This document shows, one piece after another, positions 35,364 to 43,742 of a stretch of DNA of 64,000 nt. How positions within the stretch are numbered: the stretch's first letter is position 1; each line of letters begins with the position of its first letter. Origin of the DNA: an archaeon (GTDB taxonomy: Archaea > Nanobdellota > Nanobdellia > Woesearchaeales > JAADFO01); NCBI GenBank assembly GCA_043817075.1, contig JBDRHG010000004.1:45767-109766 (forward strand), written 5' to 3'. The notes under the pieces were generated by a model, which was not told where the DNA came from, ran no database searches, and worked only from the letters and a program-made list of their open reading frames with translations. A program made the translations under genes and the position numbers.

Positions 35364-36506
35364 ATGGGAATCACGCTCACGAAATGCATCGACCGCGTGG
35401 TCATCGGAGGCCTCGTCGGCCTGCTGTCCCTGCTGCGCAGGAAGAAGATTGTCCCGACGCAGCCTCGACGGATCCTGCTCATCCAGTTATGGGGCATCGG
35501 TGAGACCGTCTGCGTTCTGCCCGCCCTCTTCCATCTGCGCAGGCATTTTCCGACGGCGACTATCGACATGCTCTGTACCCCGCGGAACAAGGCTGTCTTC
35601 TCAGGGAACAGAGACCTATCGGATGTCCATGTCATCGAGCCCGGCGCGAGAGGCGTCCTCGGCTGGGTGTTCTCAGGCGTCAGGAAGACCGGGCGCTACG
35701 ACGTCGTCATCGACATGGAAGAATATCTCAATGTCTCGGCTGTGCTCGCTTGGGCTTCAGGCCATGCGCTGATCGGTTATGCTCATGGGTTGCGCGGCAA
35801 GGTCTTCGACAAGACCGTCAAGTATCGCGACGACCAGCATGTGGTGCATACATTCGAGGACCTGCTCGTACCGTTGGGGATCACTGACCATGCTCATGCC
35901 CTCCCTCCTCTCAACTTTTCCGAAGCGGATCTGAGGGCGGCGAAGAGAGTCCTCGCCTCGGCAGGCGTCGATACATCCCGCTTCATCGTCATCGTCCCTG
36001 GAGCGGCCGAGACTGCTCGGAGCCGTATATGGCCCTGGAAACGCTTCGGATCGCTGGCACGAAAGCTCCATCGACAAGAAGACGTCACCGTCGTCGTCAC
36101 CGGCAGCAAGAGCGAACGTGAGCTGGCCGGCTTGGTCCAGACCGCGGCAGGGAAAGGGACGGTGAGCATCGCCGGTAAGCTCAACCTGACCGAGCTCTAC
36201 GCCCTCATCAAGCTCGCCTCCCTTGTCGTCTCAAACGACACCGGCCCGATGCATATAGGTGCTGCGATGGGCACACCGACCGTAGGTTTGTTCGGGCCGA
36301 ACCTGCCCACCCGTTTCGGCCCTTTCGGCGAAGACAATGTCGGCATCTATAAGGAGGGTTCCTGCCGTCTCTCACCCTGTCTCAATGTCCATCTCGGTCA
36401 GACCCCTGACTGCCTCTATCCGAAGAATAGCGCTGATTACCAGAAATGCATGAAGGCGATATCGGTCGACGACGTCCTCAAGGAAGCGAAACGTCTTCTC
36501 TCGTGA
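35364..36506 (+). CDS. family 9 glycosyltransferase (heptosyltransferase-like)
   Basis: ILLIQLWGIGETVCVLPALFHLRRHFP (GT9 N-terminal block) and the C-terminal LIKLASLVVSNDTGPMHIGAAMGTPTVGLFGP (the characteristic GT9 xNDTGPMHxAAAxGxP motif). Confidence 0.85.
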   Translation: MGITLTKCIDRVVIGGLVGLLSLLRRKKIVPTQPRRILLIQLWGIGETVCVLPALFHLRRHFPTATIDMLCTPRNKAVFSGNRDLSDVHVIEPGARGVLGWVFSGVRKTGRYDVVIDMEEYLNVSAVLAWASGHALIGYAHGLRGKVFDKTVKYRDDQHVVHTFEDLLVPLGITDHAHALPPLNFSEADLRAAKRVLASAGVDTSRFIVIVPGAAETARSRIWPWKRFGSLARKLHRQEDVTVVVTGSKSERELAGLVQTAAGKGTVSIAGKLNLTELYALIKLASLVVSNDTGPMHIGAAMGTPTVGLFGPNLPTRFGPFGEDNVGIYKEGSCRLSPCLNVHLGQTPDCLYPKNSADYQKCMKAISVDDVLKEAKRLLS

Positions 36507-36594
36507 TGGGCACCCAACTACTAGAAACATGCATCATAAGATACGTATCGGACAAAACGATAAAACAAGAACATCACATTTGATCATCTGATTC

Positions 36595-37353
36595 TCAACC
36601 GTGATGCGTCGGCATATGCTTGAGGAAGTACGCGTGCAACTGTCCCACCTCTGCGAGTCTGGGCAGCACTTCGCGTTCCAGCGATCTGCACCCTGAGAAG
36701 AACGGCAATGCCTCGGGCGAGAATGCATAGATGCCGCTGTTGACCACGAGGGATCCTGCGGCCTTGGGCTTCTCGACGAATTCGACCACCATATCCCCTT
36801 CCACGACTGCAACGCCCATGCGCTCGGTCTGTTTGCTGGTGGAGAGCCCTACGGTGGCGAGCCTTCCGCTCGTCAGGTGGTTTGCGGCGAGCTTCGCCAG
36901 GTCCTCTTCGCATGAGAGGTCGCCGCTGAGCGCCAAGAACGGCCCCTCGAGCGCATCGCCTACCATCCGGATGGCATCGGCCGTTCCCTTTGACGCGATC
37001 TCCCTGACCATGCAATCCGGCCAGTGTTTATCCTGTCCTTTCGAGATCTCCTCCAGTGCTGGCGAGGTGTCGGATCCCTTCTCCACAGCGATGATGGCGC
37101 GCTTGACGCCTGCGCGGGCCAAAAGGGAGAGCTGTTGCGAGAGCAGACACTGCTTCCCTACATCCTTGGTCGCCAGCGGCACATGCGCGGAAGAGAGCAT
37201 GATGACTGCCTCCTCGATCCTTGGGGAGATGGCTTTCCGGAGCAGTGCCTCCATCGCTTGGCTTCGTGAGGGATATCTTGATGTCTCCACCACGCTGTCC
37301 ACGGCCGCCAACAGGTCGCTGGAGATGGATATGGCGATCTTCTCTTTTGGCAT
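36595..37353 (-). CDS. ribbon-helix-helix (CopG/NikR-like) domain fused to a sugar-nucleotidyltransferase-like domain lacking the GxGTR signature
   Basis: N-terminus KIAISISSDLLAAVDSVVETSRYPSRSQAMEALLRKAI fits an RHH. The remainder aligns by eye to NTP_transferase (GTADAIRMVGDALEGPFLALSGD..HL.SG.LATVGL....TERMGVAVVEGDMVVEFVEKP.....LVNSGIYAFSPE). The expected LAGGxGTRL is replaced by MLSSAHVPL. Confidence 0.65.
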   Translation of the reverse strand: MPKEKIAISISSDLLAAVDSVVETSRYPSRSQAMEALLRKAISPRIEEAVIMLSSAHVPLATKDVGKQCLLSQQLSLLARAGVKRAIIAVEKGSDTSPALEEISKGQDKHWPDCMVREIASKGTADAIRMVGDALEGPFLALSGDLSCEEDLAKLAANHLTSGRLATVGLSTSKQTERMGVAVVEGDMVVEFVEKPKAAGSLVVNSGIYAFSPEALPFFSGCRSLEREVLPRLAEVGQLHAYFLKHMPTHHG

Positions 37354-37360
37354 ACTCGAG

Positions 37361-37459
37361 GTATGAAAAAGTATGAAATATAAACATTTCTATTCTTCAT
37401 CATATGGGTTCCTTTGAAGAAATATTTATAAACTCGACGGTAAATAGTAGTATGAAATG
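37361..37459. promoter_or_regulatory. divergent intergenic control region: 3 x GTATGAAA direct repeats plus a TATA box (aatatttataaa, 37421-37432)
   Basis: gtatgaaa occurs at 37361-37368, 37371-37378 (10-bp phasing) and 37450-37457; the last copy overlaps the gmhA ATG at 37457. The TATA-like box ends 25 nt before that ATG. Confidence 0.45.
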
Positions 37460-38044
37460 GTACTACCAGACAAGAAAAAGGTTGCTGAACAGGTCAAGAG
37501 CTCGATTCAGGTCATAGATCAGTCCGAGAATCTGCTTGTGGAATCGCTTCCTGCGATCGCAGAGGCTTGCATCAAGGCCATAAGCGGCGGCGGCAAACTG
37601 CTCATCGCCGGCAACGGCGGATCGGCCTCACAGTCCATGCACTTCTCGGCTGAATTGACCGGGAGATATCTCCGAGACCGCAAAGGCCTGCCATGCCTCG
37701 CGTTGACCACGGACTCGGCGATGATCACGGCCTGGTCCAACGACTCGAGCTTCGATGAGGTGTACTCCCGTCAGGTCGAAGCGCTGGGGAAGAAAGGCGA
37801 CGTGCTCATCGTATTGACCACCAGCGGCAACTCCGAGAACATCGTCCAGGCGATCGAGACAGCCAAGGACCTGGGGCTCACGACGGTGCTGTTCACCGGC
37901 AAGGGCGGCGGAAAGGCGCACGGCATGACGGATATCGAGCTCAATGTCGATGACACCGCGACGCCACGCGTGCAGGAGAACCACCTGCTCGCCTTGCACA
38001 TCCTCGCAGACCTCATCGAACAGTCCTTCGTGTCTCAGGACTAG
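37457..38044 (+). CDS. gmhA: phosphoheptose (sedoheptulose-7-phosphate) isomerase, SIS domain
   Basis: KLLIAGNGGSASQSMHFSAELTGRY...R.GLPCLALTTDS...TAW.ND..F..V..RQV.ALG.KGDVLI.L.TSGNS.N matches GmhA. Followed by the other heptose pathway genes. Confidence 0.85.
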   Translation: MVLPDKKKVAEQVKSSIQVIDQSENLLVESLPAIAEACIKAISGGGKLLIAGNGGSASQSMHFSAELTGRYLRDRKGLPCLALTTDSAMITAWSNDSSFDEVYSRQVEALGKKGDVLIVLTTSGNSENIVQAIETAKDLGLTTVLFTGKGGGKAHGMTDIELNVDDTATPRVQENHLLALHILADLIEQSFVSQD

Positions 38045-38136
38045 GCTCCAGGCTGACCGGTACCGGACGGACCCATGACATTCATGTACATGCTTGCATT
38101 CATGAAAATCCAAACAAGCTCCTGAAGCGAAATCCA

Positions 38137-39108
38137 ATGGAACGACTCAGAGGAATCATCAACAACTTCTCCGATGTCAGCGTATTGGTCATCGGAGACA
38201 TCATGGTGGACAAGTACATCTGGGGTGATGTCCATCGCATCAGTCCAGAGGCCCCGGTGCAGATCGTGAATGTTCGGAAGGAGAGTCATTCTCCTGGTGG
38301 GGCAGCCAACACCGCGGCCAATATAGGTGCGCTGGACGGCAAGACTTTTCTCGTCGGTGTCATGGGCAACGACGCGGCCCGTACCACGCTGAACGTCATC
38401 CTATCCGAGCGGGGCGTAGAGACCAAAGGGGTCATCATCGATCCCGCCAAACCGACCACCCAGAAGGTACGCGTCGTGGCCCAAGGTCAGCAGTTGCTCC
38501 GTATCGATTACGAGAAGTCCGAGTTCATCTCGGGAAAGGACGAGAAGCGCGTGTTAGACTATGTGAAGAGGACCCTTCCGAAGGTCAACATCGTCGTCAT
38601 CTCCGATTATGCGAAAGGGCTGGTCACCGAGAGCTTGATCCGCGGCGTCGAGAAGCTCGCAGTCCAGGAGAAAAAAATGGTGATCATCGATCCCAAGCCC
38701 ACGCATCATGTCCGCTACCAGAACGCATCTCTCATCACGCCGAACCTCAAAGAGGCTTTTGGCATGGCAGGTATTCCCTATTCAGACAAGGATGATGTGG
38801 TCAAGGTCGGCAAGATGCTCCTCGAGCGAACCCAGAGCAATCTGCTCATAACGCGGGGCGCACAGGGAATGAGTCTGCTGCTCAAGGACGGGACCGTCTC
38901 CCATATCCCCACGATGGCCAGGGAGGTGTTCGATGTGACCGGCGCAGGGGACACCACGATCGCTGCTCTCGCTCTCGCGCTAGGTGCCGGTGCCACGTTC
39001 GAGGATGCCGCCACCATCGCCAACTACGCGGCCGGCATCACCGTCGGCAAGATCGGGACTTCGACAGTCTCGAGACCAGAATTGCTCAGGGGGGTCGAGA
39101 GACCATGA
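38137..39108 (+). CDS. hldA: D-glycero-beta-D-manno-heptose-7-phosphate kinase (RfaE/HldE domain I, stand-alone)
   Basis: Ribokinase/PfkB fold: VLVIGDIMVDKYIWGDV.RISPEAPVQIV......PGGAANTAANI, and the C-terminal DVTGAGDT anion-hole motif. Confidence 0.85.
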   Translation: MERLRGIINNFSDVSVLVIGDIMVDKYIWGDVHRISPEAPVQIVNVRKESHSPGGAANTAANIGALDGKTFLVGVMGNDAARTTLNVILSERGVETKGVIIDPAKPTTQKVRVVAQGQQLLRIDYEKSEFISGKDEKRVLDYVKRTLPKVNIVVISDYAKGLVTESLIRGVEKLAVQEKKMVIIDPKPTHHVRYQNASLITPNLKEAFGMAGIPYSDKDDVVKVGKMLLERTQSNLLITRGAQGMSLLLKDGTVSHIPTMAREVFDVTGAGDTTIAALALALGAGATFEDAATIANYAAGITVGKIGTSTVSRPELLRGVERP

Positions 39109-39641
39109 GAGCGGTCTTTCTCGACAGGGACGGGGTCATCAACGAGGACCATGGCTACATCCATAAGGTCGAGGACCTCGAGATACTTCCCGGTGTCATC
39201 GACGGGCTCAAGCTGCTCCAGCACATGGGGTTCGTGCTCATCATCGTCACCAACCAGTCCGGTATCGGTCGGGGCTTCTATACCAAAGAGCAGTATGACC
39301 TATTCCACACCGAACTCCTCAAGCGGCTCGGGAAAGAAGGTATACAGATTGACAAGACCTATATGTGTCCACATCAACCGACGGATGGATGCGATTGCCG
39401 CAAGCCATCACCCAAGCATGCCGAGGATGCTGAACAGGAGTTCGGCATATCCCTCGCAGATTCCTATATCATAGGGGATCATGCATCCGACATCGGGTTC
39501 GGCAGGAATTCCGGCATGACGACCGTCCATATCCTCACCGGCCATGGGAAGAAGCATGGGGATATCGAGGCAGACCACCAATCGGAGGATTTCGAAGATG
39601 CAGTCGCATGGATCGAGCAGATCGAATTGCAGAAAGCTTAA
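39105..39641 (+). CDS. gmhB: D,D-heptose 1,7-bisphosphate phosphatase (HAD, GmhB-type)
   Basis: AVFLDRDGVINED.GY......E.LPGV...LK.L...GF.LIIVTNQSGIGRG..T......H......L...G......Y.CPH.P...C.CRKP and ..IGD...D. This includes the GmhB zinc-binding Cys motif. ATGA overlap with the kinase gene. Confidence 0.88.
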   Translation: MRAVFLDRDGVINEDHGYIHKVEDLEILPGVIDGLKLLQHMGFVLIIVTNQSGIGRGFYTKEQYDLFHTELLKRLGKEGIQIDKTYMCPHQPTDGCDCRKPSPKHAEDAEQEFGISLADSYIIGDHASDIGFGRNSGMTTVHILTGHGKKHGDIEADHQSEDFEDAVAWIEQIELQKA

Positions 39642-39645
39642 ACCG

Positions 39646-40107
39646 ATGGATGCCTTGCCTGCGATCTGCAGGCGTCTCCGTAGCGAAGGCAAACGCATCG
39701 TGACGGCCAACGGCAGCTTCGACCTGATGCATGCCGGTCATCTCGCCTTCCTCGAGGAGGCCGCGCGTCAAGGGGATGTCCTCGTCGTCGGTCTCAACAG
39801 CGATGCGTCGATTCGCAGCTACAAACGTGGCCGTCATCCGCCTCGTCCCATCATCGCGGAAGAATTCCGTGCAGCCATGATCGCCGGCCTCTCCTGCGTC
39901 GACTTTGTCACGATCTTCGATGAGACTGTCCCGCTGCATTTCCTCGAGAAGGTCCATCCTGATGTGTTCTGCAACGGCGAAGAGTATGGTACGGATTGTA
40001 TCGAAGCGCCGTTGCTCAAGGAGATGGGTGCGCATCTCCATCTCATACCCAAATATGCCGGGCTCTCGACAAGCAATATTCTGAGAAAGATCCTACGCGG
40101 ACGATGA
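39646..40107 (+). CDS. hldC: heptose-1-phosphate adenylyltransferase-like cytidylyltransferase-fold protein (RfaE/HldE domain II, stand-alone)
   Basis: KRIVTANGSFDLMHAGHLAFLEEAARQGDVLVVGLNSDASIR..K (HxGH nucleotidyltransferase motif, RfaE domain II-like). ATG 39646 is preferred; the track start at 39544 overlaps gmhB in another frame. Confidence 0.82.
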   Translation: MDALPAICRRLRSEGKRIVTANGSFDLMHAGHLAFLEEAARQGDVLVVGLNSDASIRSYKRGRHPPRPIIAEEFRAAMIAGLSCVDFVTIFDETVPLHFLEKVHPDVFCNGEEYGTDCIEAPLLKEMGAHLHLIPKYAGLSTSNILRKILRGR

Positions 40108-40122
40108 TTGCGTACGGTACAG

Positions 40123-40827
40123 TCATCGTTTGAACTTGTAGCGGACGATGAGCCAGATCATGACGAGGCCGAGGGTAAAAGCCTTCCACATCGAGCCGGT
40201 GATCTTCGATTCCCCGATTCGGCCCCGGTAGTTGACCGGGATCTCGATGCACCTAAGCCCGTTCTTGATCGCCAGGATCATGAACTCCGGCGAGAAATGG
40301 CTGGTGCCGACAGAGAACTTCTTCTGGATCTTCTTGAGTGCAGGGCGCTTGATGAGCTTGAAGGTGCATCCTACATCCGTCAGGCATGGTCCGTTGTGCC
40401 AATACTCCATGAGCTTTGCGACGAAGACGTTGCCGAGGCGCAGGAACCAGTTCATGTTGGCGTTCGACCAGATGCACTCCTTGGATGTCCTGGTGCCGAA
40501 CACCACGTCGAACTCTCCGGAGTAGAGAAGCAGTTTGGTGATATCATCGGCCAGGAACGTGCCGTCGGGCTCGACCGTGATGATGAGATCGCCTTTGGCC
40601 TCTGCCATACCTCGCCGCAACGCCCAGCCGTATCCTTGCCTCGTCTCCTTGACCACTCGCGCCTTGGTCTTCTTGGCCTCTGTTGCGGTGCCGTCCGTCG
40701 AGTTGTTGTCCACGACGATGATCTCATCTGCCACGCCGGTGGCAAAGAATTCTCCCACTGCTTTCTTGATGTTCTTCCCCTCGTTATACGCGGGGAACAC
40801 CACTGAGACTTTCTGGTTCTTGTACAT
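40123..40827 (-). CDS. family 2 glycosyltransferase (Dpm1/GtrB-like polyprenol-phosphate glycosyltransferase)
   Basis: VSVVFPAYNEGKNIKKAV.EF......DEIIVVDNNSTDGTA..A and ..TVEPDGTF.. (DxD-like). Confidence 0.85.
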   Translation of the reverse strand: MYKNQKVSVVFPAYNEGKNIKKAVGEFFATGVADEIIVVDNNSTDGTATEAKKTKARVVKETRQGYGWALRRGMAEAKGDLIITVEPDGTFLADDITKLLLYSGEFDVVFGTRTSKECIWSNANMNWFLRLGNVFVAKLMEYWHNGPCLTDVGCTFKLIKRPALKKIQKKFSVGTSHFSPEFMILAIKNGLRCIEIPVNYRGRIGESKITGSMWKAFTLGLVMIWLIVRYKFKR

Positions 40828-40860
40828 GGTCCTGAGATCCGGATATGATGGGGTAACCGT

Positions 40861-41979
40861 CTATTCGAGCAATCCTTTCTCCTGCAGCTCCGAAGTGGCC
40901 TTGTCGACCAGGTCTTCGGCCTCCTGGCCCTTGGACCAAGCGATGAGCTCGGCCATGCCATCAGAGAAGGAGACCTTAGGATCGAAGCCAAGCTTATCCT
41001 TGATCTTGCTGATGTCTGCGAAGCAATGCCTGACATCCCCTTTCCGGAAATTGCCGGTGATCTTGGGTCTGATGTCTCCATCTTTGCCATAGAGCTTAGC
41101 GATGGTCTCTGCCACCTGCAGGATGCTGACCCGGTTGCCGCTGCCCACATTGAACACCTCGTCGTTTGCAGCCTTGGATCCCATGGCCAGGATATTGGCC
41201 TGCGCGATGTCATGCACCGAGACGAAGTCGCGTGATTGGTCGCCGTCCTCGAAGACCAGCGGCGGATTGTCGTTCTTGATCCTGCTCTGGAAGATGGCAG
41301 CGACACCGGTATAAGGATTATTGAGGCTCTGACGGGGACCGTAGACATTGAAATAACGTAGCGCCGTCGTCGGGATGCCATAGGCCGAGCCGACATTGAG
41401 ACACATGAGCTCCTGGTCCATCTTGGTCAGCGCATAGACAGAATTTATCTCCTGATTCTTGGTCTCTGGTGTGGGTTCAGGCGTGAGCACCATGCCGCAT
41501 AAGGGGCAATGCACTTCCCAGTCGCCGCCCTTCATCTGCTCCACAGGTCTGAGCGACGGTGACACCGGTCCGCAGGCCTTGCACACATAAGCGCCTTCAC
41601 CGTATGTCGACATGCTCGAGGCGACCACGACCTTCTTGATGTCGTGTTCTTCATTGGCCAGGACATCGAGCATATTCGCGGTGCCCATGGTATTGACCCC
41701 AACATATCGGGAAATCTGGTACATGCTCTGTCCCACCCCGACCATGGCGGCCTGGTGGAGGAGTATGTCGACATCCTGCATCGCGCTTTTGAGCGATGAG
41801 CGGTCCAGCACATCCCCTTTTATCAGCTCTGCTTCTTTATTGAGGTAATCCGGAGCGGCTTTGTGGACCTGCGGCTCGAAGTTGTCAAGGATACGGACAT
41901 CATGACCCTTTTCCACGAGAAGGTCGACGACAAATGAGCCGATGAATCCAGCGCCCCCCGTCACTAAAACGTGCGCCAT
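40861..41979 (-). CDS. NAD-dependent sugar epimerase/dehydratase (extended SDR) with an inserted Cys4 zinc-ribbon
   Basis: VLVTGGAGFIGS (Rossmann fold) and a YxxxK context (YALTK). An insertion YVCKACGPVSPSLRPVEQMKGGDWEVHCPLCGMVL carries two CxxC pairs. Confidence 0.85.
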   Translation of the reverse strand: MAHVLVTGGAGFIGSFVVDLLVEKGHDVRILDNFEPQVHKAAPDYLNKEAELIKGDVLDRSSLKSAMQDVDILLHQAAMVGVGQSMYQISRYVGVNTMGTANMLDVLANEEHDIKKVVVASSMSTYGEGAYVCKACGPVSPSLRPVEQMKGGDWEVHCPLCGMVLTPEPTPETKNQEINSVYALTKMDQELMCLNVGSAYGIPTTALRYFNVYGPRQSLNNPYTGVAAIFQSRIKNDNPPLVFEDGDQSRDFVSVHDIAQANILAMGSKAANDEVFNVGSGNRVSILQVAETIAKLYGKDGDIRPKITGNFRKGDVRHCFADISKIKDKLGFDPKVSFSDGMAELIAWSKGQEAEDLVDKATSELQEKGLLE

Positions 41980-42002
41980 TGTGGTCTTTCCGAGGAAGAG
42001 AT

Positions 42003-42014
42003 AAATATTTAAAG
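42003..42014 (+). promoter_or_regulatory. TATA-box-like element (aaatatttaaag) 25 nt upstream of ATG 42039
   Basis: Recurrent box and spacing. Confidence 0.4.
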
Positions 42015-42038
42015 CTTTGCAAAATACGTCGAGAGAAG

Positions 42039-43697
42039 ATGATTCTGCATAAAGAGAGGGTCATTGAGTCGGTCGTTTTGGTGGTTTTCGCCATCGCCTT
42101 CTTGGTCACGGGCTCAGGCAACATCCTTGACAGCCAGATCACTCATCCCTTCCCTTATGGTTTCTACGCGTCTGACGCGTTCATGCATCTGGGCTACAGC
42201 CAGGGCCTTGAGGAATCAGGGGCCTGGCAGCATTACCCTGCCTACATGTCGGTCGGGCACAGTGATGTGGATGCCTTCAATCCGCCGGTGTTCTACCAGC
42301 TCGGGGTCCTCACCCGCTTCATCAACGACCTCCCTTTGCATGACGGTCTCTACCAGATCCTGACCATCATGGTGCTCTTCGCCTGCCTGACCTTCTATCT
42401 CCTCATCCACCGCTACAATCCCAAGGTCGCGATGCTGTCCTTGCCCTTGATGCTCTTGGTCAATTTCGGCAATTTCCGCATCTTCTACCTCTTCGGCACG
42501 TGGATATTTGCGGCAGGATCGTTCTTCCTCATCGTGGCGTTCTTCTTCATCAGCAGGATGAAGGACAAACAGGATGTCATCATGCTCGGCATCATCCTTG
42601 CCGCGATCGCGATGACCCACACTTCGGAATTCATCTTCTCTGTGCTCGCGATCGGCTTCTATCTGCTCATCAAGCTGTTCACCGGCGGCATCACTGTCAA
42701 AGAGGTCATTCGGTATGTCGTCTCGGGTGCCATCGCCGTCCTGCTCGCCTCCAACTATCTCATCATCTTCTCTAAGACCTGGGCCAAGACCGCACCCTTC
42801 CGGTTCCAGATCCTGCGGCTCGAGGAATACTCCGGCAACATCTTCCCTAGCCTCTGGACATTTCCCTGGGGGCTGCTGATCATCTGCCTCATCGGTCTCG
42901 CACTCACTGTGATGGCGCTGAGGAAGAAGCAGAACGACGCCGCGGTCTTCGGGCTATTCATGTTCATCATCGGTTTCTCCAACTTCATCGGTTTTGGCCA
43001 TCGGGCATTCCAGACCCGGCATTTCTGGCCCATCTATCTAGCGGTCTTCTTCGGCTTCGCGCTGTTCCAGCTCATGCGTACCGTGCCTGGAGCCCGTTCC
43101 ATCATCATCACCGGTGCCGTGAGTGTCGCGGTCATCGCGGCCGTCGCCGGCCTGAGCTATATGCCGATGCGCGGACCAGGGCTTCTCGACCAGTTCCATT
43201 GGGAGGCATTCTCCTGGATAGGGCATAACCTGCCACAAGACGCCAAGGTGCTGTACTTCTACGGCGACATCTACAACCAGAACGCTGTCCTCTTCACCTC
43301 GAAGAGAGTGTCCTATCGTGTGCTGGACGCATCCATCGCCAAGGGTATCCAGGAGTTCCGCATCAATCGTAACTACGAAGTCCGCACCACTGGCGAAGAC
43401 ATGTCCGACTATGGCTATCGTACCGGGTTGTTCTCATTCGGATACCATAAGGAAGATGATCCTGAGTTCTACAAGAACAAGGAACGTGACATCTGCGAAT
43501 TCGATTATTTCGTCTTCGACCAGGCCACGAGGAACGAGGTGCTCGCGCAGTATAATCTCGTGGTCTATGCAACCATGGTGGAAGAGAAATCGGTCGAGCG
43601 TGTGTTCGACAACGACGTCGTCATCATCGCGAAGAACAAGATGGTGGGTGGCGACTGCATCACCCCCAAGCAGTTCGAGGTCCCTGCGGAAGCTTGA
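42039..43697 (+). CDS. large polytopic membrane protein with C-terminal soluble domain (GT-C-like glycosyltransferase candidate)
   Basis: 552 aa with about 11-13 TM helices. The first-loop acidic/aromatic motif YASDAFMHLGY is reminiscent of the GT-C/STT3 first loop. No WWDYG motif. The C-terminal ~170 aa are soluble. Confidence 0.55.
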   Translation: MILHKERVIESVVLVVFAIAFLVTGSGNILDSQITHPFPYGFYASDAFMHLGYSQGLEESGAWQHYPAYMSVGHSDVDAFNPPVFYQLGVLTRFINDLPLHDGLYQILTIMVLFACLTFYLLIHRYNPKVAMLSLPLMLLVNFGNFRIFYLFGTWIFAAGSFFLIVAFFFISRMKDKQDVIMLGIILAAIAMTHTSEFIFSVLAIGFYLLIKLFTGGITVKEVIRYVVSGAIAVLLASNYLIIFSKTWAKTAPFRFQILRLEEYSGNIFPSLWTFPWGLLIICLIGLALTVMALRKKQNDAAVFGLFMFIIGFSNFIGFGHRAFQTRHFWPIYLAVFFGFALFQLMRTVPGARSIIITGAVSVAVIAAVAGLSYMPMRGPGLLDQFHWEAFSWIGHNLPQDAKVLYFYGDIYNQNAVLFTSKRVSYRVLDASIAKGIQEFRINRNYEVRTTGEDMSDYGYRTGLFSFGYHKEDDPEFYKNKERDICEFDYFVFDQATRNEVLAQYNLVVYATMVEEKSVERVFDNDVVIIAKNKMVGGDCITPKQFEVPAEA

Positions 43698-43742
43698 TGC
43701 TGATATCACGGAATTCTTTTCAATACTTTTCTTTTCAGAAGA

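Noticed and set aside
40452-41396. 314-aa Arg/Ser/Pro/Thr-rich ORF overlapping the GT2 and SDR genes
   Set aside because: It is an alternative frame of two strongly supported genes. It has low complexity and bridges their intergenic region.
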